From NCBI RefSeq assembly GCF_002105155.1, contig NW_019028981.1:1550001-1614000 (forward strand): a DNA stretch of 64,000 nucleotides, given 5' to 3'. The translations under genes were made by a program, and so were the position numbers. Below the pieces are notes generated by a model. That model did not search any database and was not told where the DNA came from. It saw only the letters and a program-made list of their open reading frames with translations. Shown in pieces: positions 50,123-63,245 of this stretch (the first letter of the stretch is position 1; each line of letters starts with the position of its first letter). The stretch is from Lobosporangium transversale (lineage: Eukaryota).

Positions 50123-51808
50123 ATGAAGCGAAGCAACGATTATGCTCAGAGCCAAGATGCTTTCAAGAAGCCACGCGTCGCACAAGGCTACAGCACTAGC
50201 AGTAGCAACAGTTACTCCGGTATGGGTGGCTCAACTGCTGATATTTATGGGGCTAGCTATGGTGCTAATGCCATGGCAATGTATGGCCAAATGTCAGGCA
50301 GTGGTCAATACGGTGCTCAATATAGTGCTGACCCTTCCATGTCTTTGACAGGATCATATCCGCCATACCAGACTTCCGCTTTCGGAACACCCTATGCCAA
50401 CATACCTTTCCAAGTTCCATTCCCAACCGGTGCTGCGGCGGGCTCAGCAAACGGTCGTACTGTCTACATTGGCAATATCGCACCAGAGACACAAATCGAC
50501 GAGGTCCTAAGCTTTGTTCGCACTGGTCTTGTGGAAAGCGCGCGTCTGTTGCCAGAGAAGAATTGCGCCTTTATTTCATTTGTTGATGCAGCTGCAGCCT
50601 CTGCCTTCCACCTCGAGGCCAACACTCGTAAGATGACCCTCGCAGGACGCGAACTCCGAGTTGGCTGGGGTAAGCCTTCGCAAATTCCAGGTCCTGTGCT
50701 TCAGGCTATCCAGCAAGGCGCAACTAGAAATGTGTTCCTCGGTAATGTTGATGATTCCATTACCGAGCAAGGATTGCGTGCCGATTTCTCGCAATATGGA
50801 CCCATCGATACTATCAAAATTTTGAGAGAAAAGAACATTGCTTTTGTACACTTCACGAGCATTAGCAACGCAATGAAGGCTGTGGCGGCTTTGCCACACG
50901 ATGCTCGTTATTCTGGACGCCGAATCAACTATGGAAAGGACAGATGTGCCAAGAACGCTGTAGCAGGAATGCCTGGCGGAATGTCCGGGTCTTTTGGCTT
51001 TGGAGGGTCTAACTATTCACAGTTTGGGTCCTCAATGTCTATGGGATTCAATCCAAGCTTTGATCGTTTTTCAAGCGGTGGTCGCATGGGTACCTCTGGT
51101 CTGCAAATGGGTGCCTTGACAGCTGAGGGTAACAGAACTGTATACCTGGGTGGCATCAGCGAAGAGACAACCACTGAAGATCTTTGCAATGCAATCCGTG
51201 GTGGAATCTTGAGTAGCATCCGATACCTTCCTCAGAAGCACATTGCCTTTGTGACTTTTGTGGATCCCCAAGCAGCCACCAACTTTTTTAATGTGGCGTC
51301 ACTCGGAATTACCGTTCGATCCCGACCTCTCAAGGTTGGCTGGGGCCAAAATGCCCATGCCTTGCCACACCAAGTTATTGAAGCCGTACAAAGAGGTGCA
51401 ACTCGCAATGTGTACCTTGGTCAGCTTGATGATTCATTCACTGAGGAGAAACTTCGACAAGACTTTTCTGAATTTGGAGAAATTGAGCTGGTCAACATTC
51501 TGAAAGAGAAGAATTGTGGATTTGTCAACTTTACAACCATTTTGTCAGCAGTCCAGGCCGTTGAAGGCATTCGTCGTAACTCTGCATATGACAATATCAA
51601 AATTAACTATGGTAAGGATCGATGTGGTAATCCCCCTCGTCCACAACGCAACTTCAACAAAAACGCGAATGGAAACAGCCACGATTCAGAAAATGGAGAA
51701 AATGGTCAAAATGGTGCTGGATCTGATGATGTAACCAAGGTCGACGACAACGCCAATGACGCCAAAGCCTTTGACGAAGACGATGAGATGTTCCAAATGG
51801 GTGTATAA
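50123..51808 (+). CDS. Four-RRM RNA-binding protein of the Mrn1 / S. pombe Nrd1 type
   Basis: Two RRM pairs: RTVYIGN..KNCAFISF..RVGWGK, ATRNVFLGN..INYGKDRC, repeated. Confidence 0.9.
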   Translation: MKRSNDYAQSQDAFKKPRVAQGYSTSSSNSYSGMGGSTADIYGASYGANAMAMYGQMSGSGQYGAQYSADPSMSLTGSYPPYQTSAFGTPYANIPFQVPFPTGAAAGSANGRTVYIGNIAPETQIDEVLSFVRTGLVESARLLPEKNCAFISFVDAAAASAFHLEANTRKMTLAGRELRVGWGKPSQIPGPVLQAIQQGATRNVFLGNVDDSITEQGLRADFSQYGPIDTIKILREKNIAFVHFTSISNAMKAVAALPHDARYSGRRINYGKDRCAKNAVAGMPGGMSGSFGFGGSNYSQFGSSMSMGFNPSFDRFSSGGRMGTSGLQMGALTAEGNRTVYLGGISEETTTEDLCNAIRGGILSSIRYLPQKHIAFVTFVDPQAATNFFNVASLGITVRSRPLKVGWGQNAHALPHQVIEAVQRGATRNVYLGQLDDSFTEEKLRQDFSEFGEIELVNILKEKNCGFVNFTTILSAVQAVEGIRRNSAYDNIKINYGKDRCGNPPRPQRNFNKNANGNSHDSENGENGQNGAGSDDVTKVDDNANDAKAFDEDDEMFQMGV

Positions 51809-52201
51809 TTGCGTACAGATTTGTCGAAATATCCACGAATTGCGAATAATAACTGAAGATTGTAGAAATACATATCATAATTGACCAAATTCATAAAATA
51901 TCATACTGTCAAAACGGCAGTCCCTTCAATTGACGCCTAGTTCTCAAACGCGTCTAGAAATAAAGTTCATTTCCTGCTTTTCAACCGTAGCTGTTTCATC
52001 TTTTTAAATGATTGTGGGCAAAGGGAAATTGCTCAATTTTTTTAAAAAAATATAGTGCGGCACCTCTGCGCGGGCGCATGCATAGGATGCAGCTGTTCTT
52101 TTCATTGCTCTCACCGCTGATGATCGCGAACAGATAGAGTAGGGAATTAAGGCACGCTCAAAACTCACTTTTTTTTTTTTTTACTTCATTATTCTTGTTT
52201 G

Positions 52202-54052
52202 TCATTTTAATTGCGCATATCGTTCTCGTGCCTTCCTCCGTGCCTGCTCACCAGGGGTCTCCGGCGTCCGTGAGGCAGCATCGCCCTGGGTTTGCAAGGC
52301 TTTAGATCCCAGCCCCGCCTTTCGATCTGTCACCATCAATTGTATAGGCTCAACCACACCCTGACCAGCAACACCCAATCCAGTTCCTGCTTTCCAACCC
52401 ATCTTGCTAAGCATGGCATGCCCTTTGTTGGTATGGGCTACCGGTACATGGAATCCACTAGTCTGTGCCGCCATCTCTTGGTGTTGCTGTTGTTGTTGTG
52501 AAGCATATACAGGAATGACAGAAGGAATAGGTGATGATCGATCAGGATTGTATAATCGACGTTTTGCAGCTCTATCAACGTATTGTGACGCCCCTTGACT
52601 CCCTTCATCTCCATCGCCACTGACTTCCCCTCCACGTTTAGAATTAAAATACGTCTTTCTGTCGGGTCCTGCCCATTTTTTCTTTAAACGATTCATCTCC
52701 TCAATTCTTTCCTGCTCTCGTGTCAATCGAAGATCTCCCACAAGCGATGGCGAGTTCTTCTCTGCAGGGATTGTCGAACCCTCCCAATGACCTTTATCAC
52801 TCATGACTTCAATCTCATTCCCATCTGTGATCTGACAAGTCTCGCATATTCGTCCATCCTCATGGAGATGGACTTCAAACACTGTCGAGCCCATCCGAAG
52901 TTGATCCATATGCTTTAATGCAAAGGGCTGACTAGCTGCTTTGGGTACTGACAACCGTTCCCCATTCAAAAAAGTACCGTGGGTTGATCCGCAATCCGTT
53001 ATTTGGAACGTGTCAATATAATCAAGTGAAGCCATCGCCGCAGTCGTCGCTGTCAACATAGTTTCGTAGTACTGCTGGTACTTTTCCAACTGTTGTTGAT
53101 AGTCTTTATATTGCTGTTCCAAACCTTGACTCTGCACCATCTGCGCTGGCTCATCATATTCTTCACCTTCCTCCAGCTCACCCTCCATTTCTCTTCCTTT
53201 ATTTTCTCCTCGATAGTTCTCAAGTCCCGTGTCTCGTGCGCCAGCGCTTGGAGATTCGGGGAGCTCTCCGTCTTCTCTTCCATCATCATTATTTTCACCA
53301 TCATCATTATCCTGCTGTCGCTGCTCTCCCGATCGTACTTCTGCATTAGAATGGCTTCCCTCGTTGGTTCCAGATGTCGAGGCTTCTACCTTCAGGATTG
53401 CTTCTGTTTCTGATAAAAATGCCGAGCTGCTGTTGTCATTCACAGCTCCGTCTTCATTTTTTTGCGTCGCTACCTCCGTCGACATGTCTGATTGAGATGG
53501 CTTATTGGGCGTATCAGCTGCGGGAGGCAGAGATTTGTGCTTCATGCTTCCTTGTGTTTGTGGGGTATATTGCTCGTTCTCAACTTCATCATATTGTTTC
53601 TTCTGAGACTGTTGCTGATGCTGATACTGCTGACGATGGTGTTGTCGTTGTTCCAGTTGTCCTTGTCCATCACTTTGCTGATGTGGATGAACCTGTTGTC
53701 GATCCAAATAAATGCTCGCATGGAATCGACTGATCTCCATCTCAACCATCCTGACTCGATTACCCTGTCCACTCAAGGGTCGATCCCGCCCAAAGGATAA
53801 ACCTGAAGCATCCATTATGATCACTCCCCCGACTTTAAGTATATTGGAGGACAATACACACAATCTTAATGTGGCATCGCTCTCTGGGGGCTGCGCTGTA
53901 GCTGCCGATGCTGACGCATATTGGTTTAGTTCGATCGCATAGCCTGTATGAGGATCTATGTGATACATACCACCATTCATATTACTACTATTAGGAGGAC
54001 CATATGCCTGTTGATGATGTTGATGATAGTAGTAATGCTGTTGTCCTTGTTT

Positions 54053-54083
<31 letters not shown>

Positions 54084-54451
54084 GATGAATTCAAGCTATT
54101 TAAATTTGGTGCTTCCACGGGGATATAGGTTTCTGTTGCTGCATCGTAATATGAGTAGGTGCCTGTGTAGGCGTCATGCCATAATTGAGTTGCTGCATGG
54201 AATGCAAATGCAGGTTGGTCCTTTGTTGCTTGGAACCCATCTGGGTGTGGAAAAGTGAAAGGAGAGGACGAACCATCGCCAATAACAGTAGAAGTAGTAG
54301 TAGTCGCGGTAGTAGATGTAGAATTAGATGTAAAAGCTCCAAAAAGCGCATCTGCAGCGGCATTGGCAGCAGCAATGTCTTGTTTTTCTTTCTGTTCTGA
54401 GGCTGTCCGTGCCTGCAGGTATCCGTTCAATTCATCGTCAAAGTCGGCCAT
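52202..54451 (-). CDS. AGGF1: OCRE-FHA-G-patch protein (AGGF1-like)
   Basis: OCRE-like YYDAATETY, FHA (FGRD..ISRFHA..DCGSTHGTFLNG), YVDRA..RR motif, G-patch NKGHAMLSKMGWKAGTGLG. Confidence 0.8.
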
Positions 54452-54631
54452 GAGAACATGTGCTCCATGGACAAGCAAAGAGCAAAACTGTTAAAGCAAG
54501 AATTTTGTGACAGTTGGAATTCGAAATGTTTTGAATCGTGTGCAACGTGGCTTTTGTAAAGGCTAAAAAAAAAATAAAAAAAAAAAAAGTTCATTTCAAA
54601 ACACCAGTTGGCATTACATACTTGAACAAGA

Positions 54632-55809
54632 ATGGCGCTTAGACACAAGAAGGCACAGGCAGAAGACCCAGAAGAAAGAGCATTGGTATGTTGTGGACGA
54701 AACTTATACTGATTAACAATCATTTCCGAATTCTTTTAAATAACATAACAAACACATGTATATATATATATCTAGAGACGTATGCAAACCTTTGATCAGA
54801 ACGATAGTGATCTGGATCAAGAGGACAGTGATAAAAGTGATCAGGAAATATTTAATGAAGAGGATTATGATGATGGTGAAGCGAGTCAAGAGGACAGTCA
54901 AGAGGAAGATGACCAGGAGGATGACCAGGAGGATGATCAGGAAGAAGACGAGGAAGAGGAAGAAGAAGATTCTGACGATAGCGAAGAGGGTTCTGATGCT
55001 TCAGACGATTCAGATAGTGATTCAGACAGTAATGACAGAGAACTGAGAGAACTCCAAAACAGTAAGTAAAAAAAAAAAAAAAAAAAAAAAAAGCGTTTAT
55101 TGCAACTTATTTGATTACATCGCGCATCAAAGAAGAGATATATTCAAGGGATAATTTGACTCTTCATTCATAACCATCCTTCTTTTTTTTTTTTTTTTTT
55201 TTTTCAATTGCCCTATTATCCAAACCATGATAGATCTATCTCAAATACCCTTTGATAAACTAGCAGAGATTCAACAAAAAGTTGGGATGAAAGCATTTCA
55301 CCAAACCCTTCGTGGAACTGAAAAGAAAAAGAGCACACATACATCTACATCTACAACAAACAAAGGATCTCAGCGGAAGCCTCAAACATATGATGACGAT
55401 GATAGTGATGATGATGACGATGATGACGATGATGACGGCGATGATGATGAAGAGACACCTCAGAAAAAAATGGATAAGAAACAACGCAGGATTATTGAGA
55501 AGAGAACGGATAAAAATAGGTAAGGGATGGATTAGATGGATCATAAAGCAACTCCAGCTCATTTTCAATGTGACGAGGATCTGACCAATGCTCTGCTTCT
55601 ACTATTAATTTTATAAAAAAAAAAAAAAAAAAAAAAAAAGACCTATGGAAATTGGATCAAAAAAGCCTGTAGGACGCTTCCGTCAGGTTGTAGAAGTTCC
55701 AACTGTGGTATGCCTTTTAGTACACAAATCCTTTAAGTATCGTGTGGATTACATAAGTGCTTGAAAAAAAAAAAAAAAAAAAAAAAAAACTTATAGGAAA
55801 TGGTGCTTC

Positions 55810-55843
<34 letters not shown>

Positions 55844-56294
55844 GAAACGTCGTGATCCTCGATTTGACAGTCTGAGCGGGAAATTGGACACAGATCTGTT
55901 CGAAAAATCGTACTCATTCCTCAAAGACTATCAAGCGGACGAAATGAAGAAACTAAAGGAGTCGATCAAGAAGGCGCGTGATCCTGAAACAAAAGAGAAA
56001 TTACAACGGCAGTTGAGTCGCATGTTGGATCGACAGGCAACAGAGGCTTCTGAGAAACGTAGGCAGGAGATTAAACGAGAGCATAAGCGTAAAGAAAAGG
56101 AATTGATCGCAAAGGGCAAGAACCCGTTCTTCTTGAAGAAGTCAGATCAAAAGAAGCTGGAGCTCATCGACAAATTCCAGCATCTTAAAGATAATCCAAA
56201 GGCTTTGGCGCGGGCGATGGAAAAGAGGCGGAAGAGAAACTCTGCAAAAGAAAAGACAAAGGTTTTGGGTGCTAAGCGTCGTAGATTCAACTAG
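54632..56294 (+). CDS. RRP36: rRNA biogenesis protein Rrp36, 5 exons
   Basis: RPMEIGSKKPVGRFR, RDPRFDSLSG..FEKSYSFL, GKNPFFLKKS. Confidence 0.92.
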
Positions 56295-56855
56295 GAAGGC
56301 TTGTCGATAACTCCTTCTATGGTCTTTCGTAATGACATTCAAAAAAAAAAAAAAAAAAAAAAAAATCCATGCTCAAAACAAGGTTCTCCTCATACCCAAT
56401 CTTTAAAGATTTTTGTAAAGTGTTCCTTCATAATTGGGCTTGGTTGGGCTCTGTAAAATACAATAAAATCTTATCTAATCGAAGTGGATTAGACGGTTAC
56501 GATTGAACATTGGCTGTGAAGAAAAAGAAAAAAGGAGTGGTTTTCTATATCGTTCTTGGTTGGTAAACTATTCCTCGATCCTCTTATTTATGGCGAAGGG
56601 GGAGGGAGGTTATTTTATTTAATTAAAGATCATAATAAAGAGTATCATCCATCTCGTCCACTTTTGAACATTGCTGTGGCTCGAATTAACTGTAGCTAAG
56701 AAATTGGTGAGATATTCATCAGTAATAACTAACGAGGCGAAGGAAGAGTATAGGTTTCTTCATTTGCATGTTTTTCATATAACCTCCGGACTCTCAAATG
56801 AATTGGCAACCAGTTAGCTCAGCAAATAAAATTTTCAACCAAGCAGCCGTCCACC

Positions 56856-57170
56856 ATGGTTGGCACATTAACTAAGATGCTTCGCCTTGTGATGGAGAGG
56901 TCTTAATAAATACTTTTAAATACATGTTCTCTCCTGAGGACAATGTTAATGGCCTCAAGGACGCCATTAAGGCTGTGAATCCCAGTTCTTTCAAGAATGT
57001 TGATCTACATGATCTTGCTTTTTGAAGGGTATCCACCCCATCCGATCCCGAGAAGCAAATAACTATCGACACTTTGAGTCTCAGTGAGCAAGGAGAACTT
57101 AATCCGAGTATACCCATCTTAGAAGCAATTAAACACGACCTATCTAAGAACATTATCCGTGTGAATGCAG
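56856..57170 (+). pseudogene. Crinkler (CRN) N-terminal ubiquitin-like domain relic
   Basis: M..LRLV(D)GE..NTF..VNGLKDAIK..FKNVDLHDLAF*RVS..ELNP..IIRV, with a frameshift and a Trp-to-stop change. Confidence 0.7.
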
Positions 57171-57195
57171 CAATGTGTACCTTTAGCTCTTAATA

Positions 57196-57338
57196 GGGGT
57201 TTCAAAATTGGACATTTTGCGGTTTATTTGAAAAAATTTATTTGCCAAAATGGGACACCCAAATACACCAGCTCGAGGGCTGATGTATTTTCAAATAGGC
57301 GCCTATTTATTTGGCCAAATGCTCAATTTTGAAACCCC
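57196..57338. mobile_element. 143-bp MITE-like element
   Basis: Perfect 15-bp TIRs GGGGTTTCAAAATTG/CAATTTTGAAACCCC, extendable to about 25 bp with mismatches; no clean TSD. Confidence 0.75.
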
Positions 57339-58207
57339 AAATGTACCGATATTTGTGAGTTGAACTTATTTACCCAATCATAGCCCTGAGGAACAGCTTA
57401 TGAAGAAAGAAAATAGAGTTAAAAAACCGAGTAGATTAAAGAAAAGAAAGGTTCCAAAGAAGTCAATTGACTATGGATGACGAAAGGGAAACGGATAAAA
57501 CAGAGGGCCTAAGGAGAAGGAAGCAAGTGTTTTATTTTGACAACGCGTATTACTACAGGCTCACAATAGACCCTGCTCTAACAACGCTTTTTTATTTTTT
57601 TTATCAAAAACCTCAATGAACTGTCATGAGAATGTAGAGCATGGTTGCTCCTGATCTTGTCAGCTTCACCAATAACTTGAATGCTATTTGCTTTTAATGC
57701 AAAGACGTTACTATATCAGCTAAGAGTGAGGGTAAAAGGAAAGACGATTATCAAAATTGGTTGTAATAATTTAGAAGTATGCGTATAATGGGCATATCAG
57801 ATCCACAGCTTTTGCAACGTGGTTCAAACCTGGTCAAATGATTTATTTACTCTTGCCAGACATAAAGGCGATCTCCAAGCGAAAAACAATATATTACATG
57901 TCACTGCCTCCAAAACCCATTGGTAGAACGAGGTCATAAAAGAAGTATTCCTAAGGACGGTACAGCATAAAGAGCATTCACTTTACTTTATTGAATTGAG
58001 ACCAATTCTAAATATTTGTCTTCTCTCAATCTAAGAGACAATAAGTAGAAGATAGACAACGTTGCAGATTGGCGCTTCGAGCAGGTTGTAAAAGCCATTG
58101 TGCTGTCTCTCTTAAAAAAATAATAATAATAATAATAAAATAAAGGAAGGGTCCATTAATAAAATGGGGAAGGTTGAGAAAGTAACTGAACAAATGACTG
58201 CCCTTGA

Positions 58208-58292
58208 TGTAACAGTATATAGCCTTAAGCCTATAAAAGGCTTGTTTTAATATTTATAATAAAATCACCTTTTGTCTTCACTACCTATTACA
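58208..58292 (+). mobile_element. Solo LTR family A (85 bp)
   Basis: TGTAA...TTACA termini, TSD CTTGA, homologous to 4404-4488. Confidence 0.9.
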
Positions 58293-58425
58293 CTTGATTA
58301 CCATAAAGAAGACACGGTCTAGCACAAAGGAGGAAGCACCTGCCAAGCGCTGAAGGCTTGCAGAGCAACCTGGTTTTCGACTAGCGCCACTATCTGATTA
58401 TTTAGTGGCCTTTGTCCTTTATATC

Positions 58426-58564
58426 TGAAATATGCCAGGATCATAATAAGTAACGAGAACGAAAGGAAGATCTGTTTATTATGATCCAGGGATCTTCGTT
58501 AAATAAAAAGGGTAAAAATCTTAGCTATAGTAAAAACCCATGTAAATGACTGCTAATCGCAACA
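58426..58564. mobile_element. Solo LTR family B (139 bp)
   Basis: TG...CA termini, TSD ATATC, reverse-complement homologue of 6473-6613. Confidence 0.88.
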
Positions 58565-60619
58565 ATATCACACCAAATGTAGCTGTATGAGGCCTATAAT
58601 ACGGCGTTTAAGTCGGTGAAGGGTGGCTCAAGAGGATAGTCAAGACGGTGTGTTTATTCAGTTCTTTGGTTTTGGCCCTCCAAATTCCAAGACAGTAAGG
58701 CATTGCGAATAGGCACTGAGAAGCCGCCATCGTGGATAACGCATTGCGCGATATATAAAGAGGTGTCGTCGAGTATCATGGATTTTAGACGAGGTGCTGT
58801 TGACCGAGGTGACAGAGGAGAAGTTAAAATGCTGAATGAGGGCCCTGCTTTCCTGGAGCATCCTCGTCATACCAACGAGATTATTGGGCTTTTGACGTAA
58901 AAGTCCGCAGCCGTGGGCCACACTGGGCCCACTTATCGGACGGTCGCCCCAACTCTCCAACGCTACAGCAATCTCACCCTCCCTTAAATATAGCAAATTG
59001 GAACTGCCTGCAAAGTGTGGGAGATTCAATTTTTAAAATGGTTGGATTAATACAGTAAGTGTATTTGAATATGACGCCGACGATATAGAGACAACCCTCA
59101 AGTTTATGTGGATAGCCCGCCAACAAGCTGTTGGCCGAAGATTCTTGTACGCTCCAGGATGGGTTCTACCCCTTTGACGACCACTACTATGCTAGTTCAT
59201 TAGCACACAGGCTAAAATACTACAAGAAGAACGTGACTTCCATTGCTAAAACAGGTTCGAGACACCTTTGATGCCTCCAAGGTCTCTGGCCACGGCACAG
59301 GTTCATCTCGAGGTCCTAAGAGCCACAAACACTAAACCAGCCGTCTTTGTAGAAAAAAAAGTCTCAATACCGGCATTAAGAAAGTATTGATCTACAATGG
59401 TATGCCGAACGTTGCAAGTTTTCTATGAAGAGATCGATAGCGCAAGCCGGCTTCCTCAATCATGTTCTTCATCTTTAACATCATTCTAGCTAATCGTTTA
59501 CAATGGGAACAAGGAAAATAAAGCTGCAATCTAAATTGTGTAATGATTTTCAGATTGATTGTATCTTCATTTCTATGTCCCATTCCTGTGGCATTTTTCT
59601 TGTCATAACTCAGTTTTCAACTTTACTGTTGCCTTCGCTCCCCATACATTTATTTTTCCGCTAGTTGCCAACCTAGAACGGGGGCCTCTATCGAAAGATA
59701 TTGGCCAAACCAAGCTCCCTCTTTTGGAACAGAGAGCCATCAAGAGAGGTGTCTAGGGACTCGAGATTTCTATCACATCTGTCCCGAGAACTTAGAGTAA
59801 GAGAAACCATTTCGACTTTAGTATATAGATATGCAAATACTCCACTGCCAAATGTGAGGCGGATCTATAAGGTTTCTAAAGGTACCGAGTGTACATGTGC
59901 CTTTTACCTGAAAGCTTAATATCGAGAGAGTTAGAGACTGCGGCAGATCCAAAGATTTATGAGATTGGCGGAAGGGATGCACATCTCTGCTACGAACATC
60001 AAGAACACTAAGCAATATGGAAGGTTTGAAGTGTGTACAGTATTACTAAAGGCCAGGTAAACTGAACAATGAAGGGTTGGAAGAAGATGATGCCCCTGAT
60101 GGAGCAGTAATCAGTGGGGTCGGATCCTGCGGTGGAAGAGCTACTATAAGTGGTCGCGAAATAGGCGCCTTGGATTGAACAAGCCCAGGCTGAATAATCA
60201 AGGTGCTGAAAGTAAGACGATAGCCTGGAGTTATATAACCTCTTATGTCGTTGGGATGCTTGTCAGATCCGGTGAGCCCGCGACTAAGCAGCTTTCGCTG
60301 ACGGCAAGGAAAGTAGCTTGGGGATGCCCATTGGCAAACCAGGTAGAACATACACAACCAGCAATTAGATTTTGGCCAGGCATTTGCCATTGAAATTGAA
60401 AAACCAATGTACCATCCACAACGTCAGGCCAGGCACAAAAGGGCTTAAGGAACTACAAAGGACTATCAAAGCAATCTGGTCATAATGCGGTATACCTTCA
60501 ACTTCGGTTTTTACCTGTCTACTGCCAAGAAAGATCTTCTCATACTGATAAAAATCCATCTATCTTCCCTCACAAACAGGCGTACATATAGAGTGTATGG
60601 GCACACTGAATTATGATAT

Positions 60620-61410
60620 AACAGGGTAGTAGTGGTTTGTAAGCGCCAGCGTAGTTGACAGCTGGGCGCTACATTATTCTATATAAATTGCACCTGTAAA
60701 GTGAAAAGGCTTTGAGCTCCTGCTAGTGCTCATTCTGGGACCAGAGCAGATAAAGCAATTGCTGATCGCATATGTTTGTTCAAAAGTATAGTATCTCAAT
60801 ATCTCATTTATTATTTTAGTTGGTTAGGTTTATGGACAATCTTGGATCGAGATAAGAGAAGGAATAGCTAGGCGTAGAACAGAGTTGTTCTGAAAGGTGC
60901 ATTGTGAATCACTTAGCAGTCGGCTCCACAGCAGCAGCGGCCCCAGTCACAGTCTCCATTCAAGCCATACTTGGGACTACGCTCATTCCAATCACAAGCG
61001 TTAAGGCAATCTTGATCGATCAAACATTGTCCTCTCCTGGACGTACACCTTCTGCAAATATCAGCATTAGCCACGGCGATGAAGCTGAGGACAATCAAGG
61101 CAAAAGAGAAGCTTTGGATTTTCATAGTGGTAAAGAGGTTTGGATGTCAGGTAGGACGCTTGGAGGTTCTGTCAAAGGCTATTGCGGCTCTTCTTGAGGG
61201 AAGTTCTTGGTGTTCTTTGTGAGGACTGGAGTCTTGAAGGAGGTTTGTTGAGTTGTAGTAAACGACACGGAAATGGCAGCCTTTTTATATTCGTGATGTG
61301 GATCATCTCTTGACAAGACTATCCCATTCTTGTACCTAGATCATGCTCTAATCTGATTAGCATGAATAGTAAAAGAGCTACTGACCTATGCAGGGACATC
61401 TTGTTTTTTT
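60620..61410. repeat. Direct repeat unit 1 (about 0.8 kb), copy 2 at about 62960-63743
   Basis: Offset 2333 bp; identical by eye from about 60830 to 61405, with diverged left flank. Confidence 0.92.
60913..61125 (-). CDS. Secreted 10-Cys defensin-like peptide, copy 1
   Basis: Signal MKIQSFSFALIVLSFIAVANA plus a 49-aa mature peptide with CX5CX3C and GXCX4CXCX3C; TATA (TATAAAAA) near 61285. Confidence 0.85.
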   Translation of the reverse strand: MKIQSFSFALIVLSFIAVANADICRRCTSRRGQCLIDQDCLNACDWNERSPKYGLNGDCDWGRCCCGADC

Positions 61411-63245
61411 TTTTTTTTTTTTTGACGTCTACGAACCTAATGCGAATAACACTCAGATGCATATTAGTAAGGGAGGGTCTAAAGTACTGATGTAAAGTAC
61501 TCTTGCAAAGTACTGCAGTGAGGAGTGCAGAAGAGGCCGAGTTTGTGTAGTATGTGAATACTGTATTGATTTATAAATATAACAAGGGGTGACAGCACTG
61601 GAAAAATTCCCTCATCTTTGAGCAACTTGTCCAACAAAAACCCTTATTTGATTGGCCAGAAAAGTTAAAACAAAGTTTGCTGGAATGTGATACATTTATA
61701 CTTACCATTGCTTGCAGGACAGGTCTCTTGCAGCTCTTTGATTTTGTCATCAAAAAAAACCTTATCCGTGTTTCCCTACAGTTTCTTTCAAAAGCGGTTG
61801 CTAGGTCATACAATCACGTTGTGGGCCCAACCTATATGTAGAACGGCATGAATTCCTGTAAGCAATGATCCTCCGCCTTGTAGCTCACGCATACCACCGT
61901 GAGATTGCTCTTTCAAAGTCTCACTTGAATTAGCTGTCAATGTCCCCTGGGTTTAGCTCAATCTTTTTTTTTTTATTTTTTTCTTTCTTTTTATCGCATC
62001 ACATCACGTCATGTCAATAGTATCGAATCAGTGGGCAATTCCCTTTACTGGTTATCCAACTGTATATTATAAATACATTTCGGCGAAAGCTACTTCAAGT
62101 GAGAGATGGGGGAATTTATCGGAGATGGTAGGTTTTTAACGCTTACGAATCGCAGCTCTTGAACCACCCCCTAGCGCTTTTGATAGTATCTCATGGCATT
62201 AGCTGTTTCCCGCATCTGATATTATATACAGTTCAACCAGAATATATCTATATACAGAATGATGTTTTTAAACAGGCAGATGTCAGTGCTTTTCACTCAT
62301 CGCATTTTTTATTCCGCCACATGCCTCTACCAAATATCCTCTCCTATCAGATGCCTCTCTTTACATCTTTTTCTTGGCTCCCATTTTTGCTATTGGGCTA
62401 CCCTGTGATATCCAATTAACCAACCAGTCAATGCTAAGCTTCGATACTCTTTAATTCAATGCTTATGGATATATATGGTGTATTGAGCACACTGTATCGG
62501 TCCAAGCCGCCCGGTGCCAGTCATTTGCTTGCTTTGTTCGTTGTAAGAGAAGAACGTCATGTGGCAATGCGTCTTTTCTACTTGAAAGAGGGGGATCTGC
62601 AATCAAGAGTCTTCACCGATGGCAAAGAGGGGGCTCATTAGCATATCAAGTAAAACACATATCATCAGCAATTGAATATTAGTCAGATCTACTCTAATTT
62701 ATGCCACTATAGACGGCCACAAAAGAGCCTAACAACTTGCGGACGCGGCTATCGAAATAATCTTATCATTGTAACAATTGCATACAAATACAAAGGGGAG
62801 GTTTCCTCATCACTTTCCTCCAAGGCGGTTTTTTACTCATTTAGCAGCAAGCAATGTCCTTTCCTCAAAGGTAACGCAAACAATCTTCTTTTTTTTTCCT
62901 GCTCTTCGAAAATAGACACATATGTAGATCATATAGGCATACTAGATTTTGATTAAAAGAGGATGGCAGTGGCTTGTACGCCCCAGTGTAGCCGACAGCT
63001 GGTCACAGAGCCGTGCTACATAGGTTGTTTTGTAAGGTGAAAGGATGAGCTCTTGCTAGTGCTTATTCTACGATCGGAACAGATAAAGCAATTGCTGGTC
63101 GCATATGTTTGTTCAAAAGTATAGTATTTCAGTATCTCTTTTATTGTTTTAGTTGGCTAGGTTTATGGACAATCTTGGATCGAGATAAGAGAAGGAATAG
63201 CTAGGCGTAGAACAGAGTTGTTCTGAAAGGTGCATTGTGAATCAC

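Noticed and set aside
58600..60600. Decayed transposon nuclease (LDFGQAF near 60366 recalls a RuvC-I motif)
   Set aside because: Too many stops and frameshifts to support by eye; needs a translated profile search.
60904..61197. Plus-strand 97-aa ORFs here and at 63237-63530
   Set aside because: Antisense shadows of the defensin-like genes.
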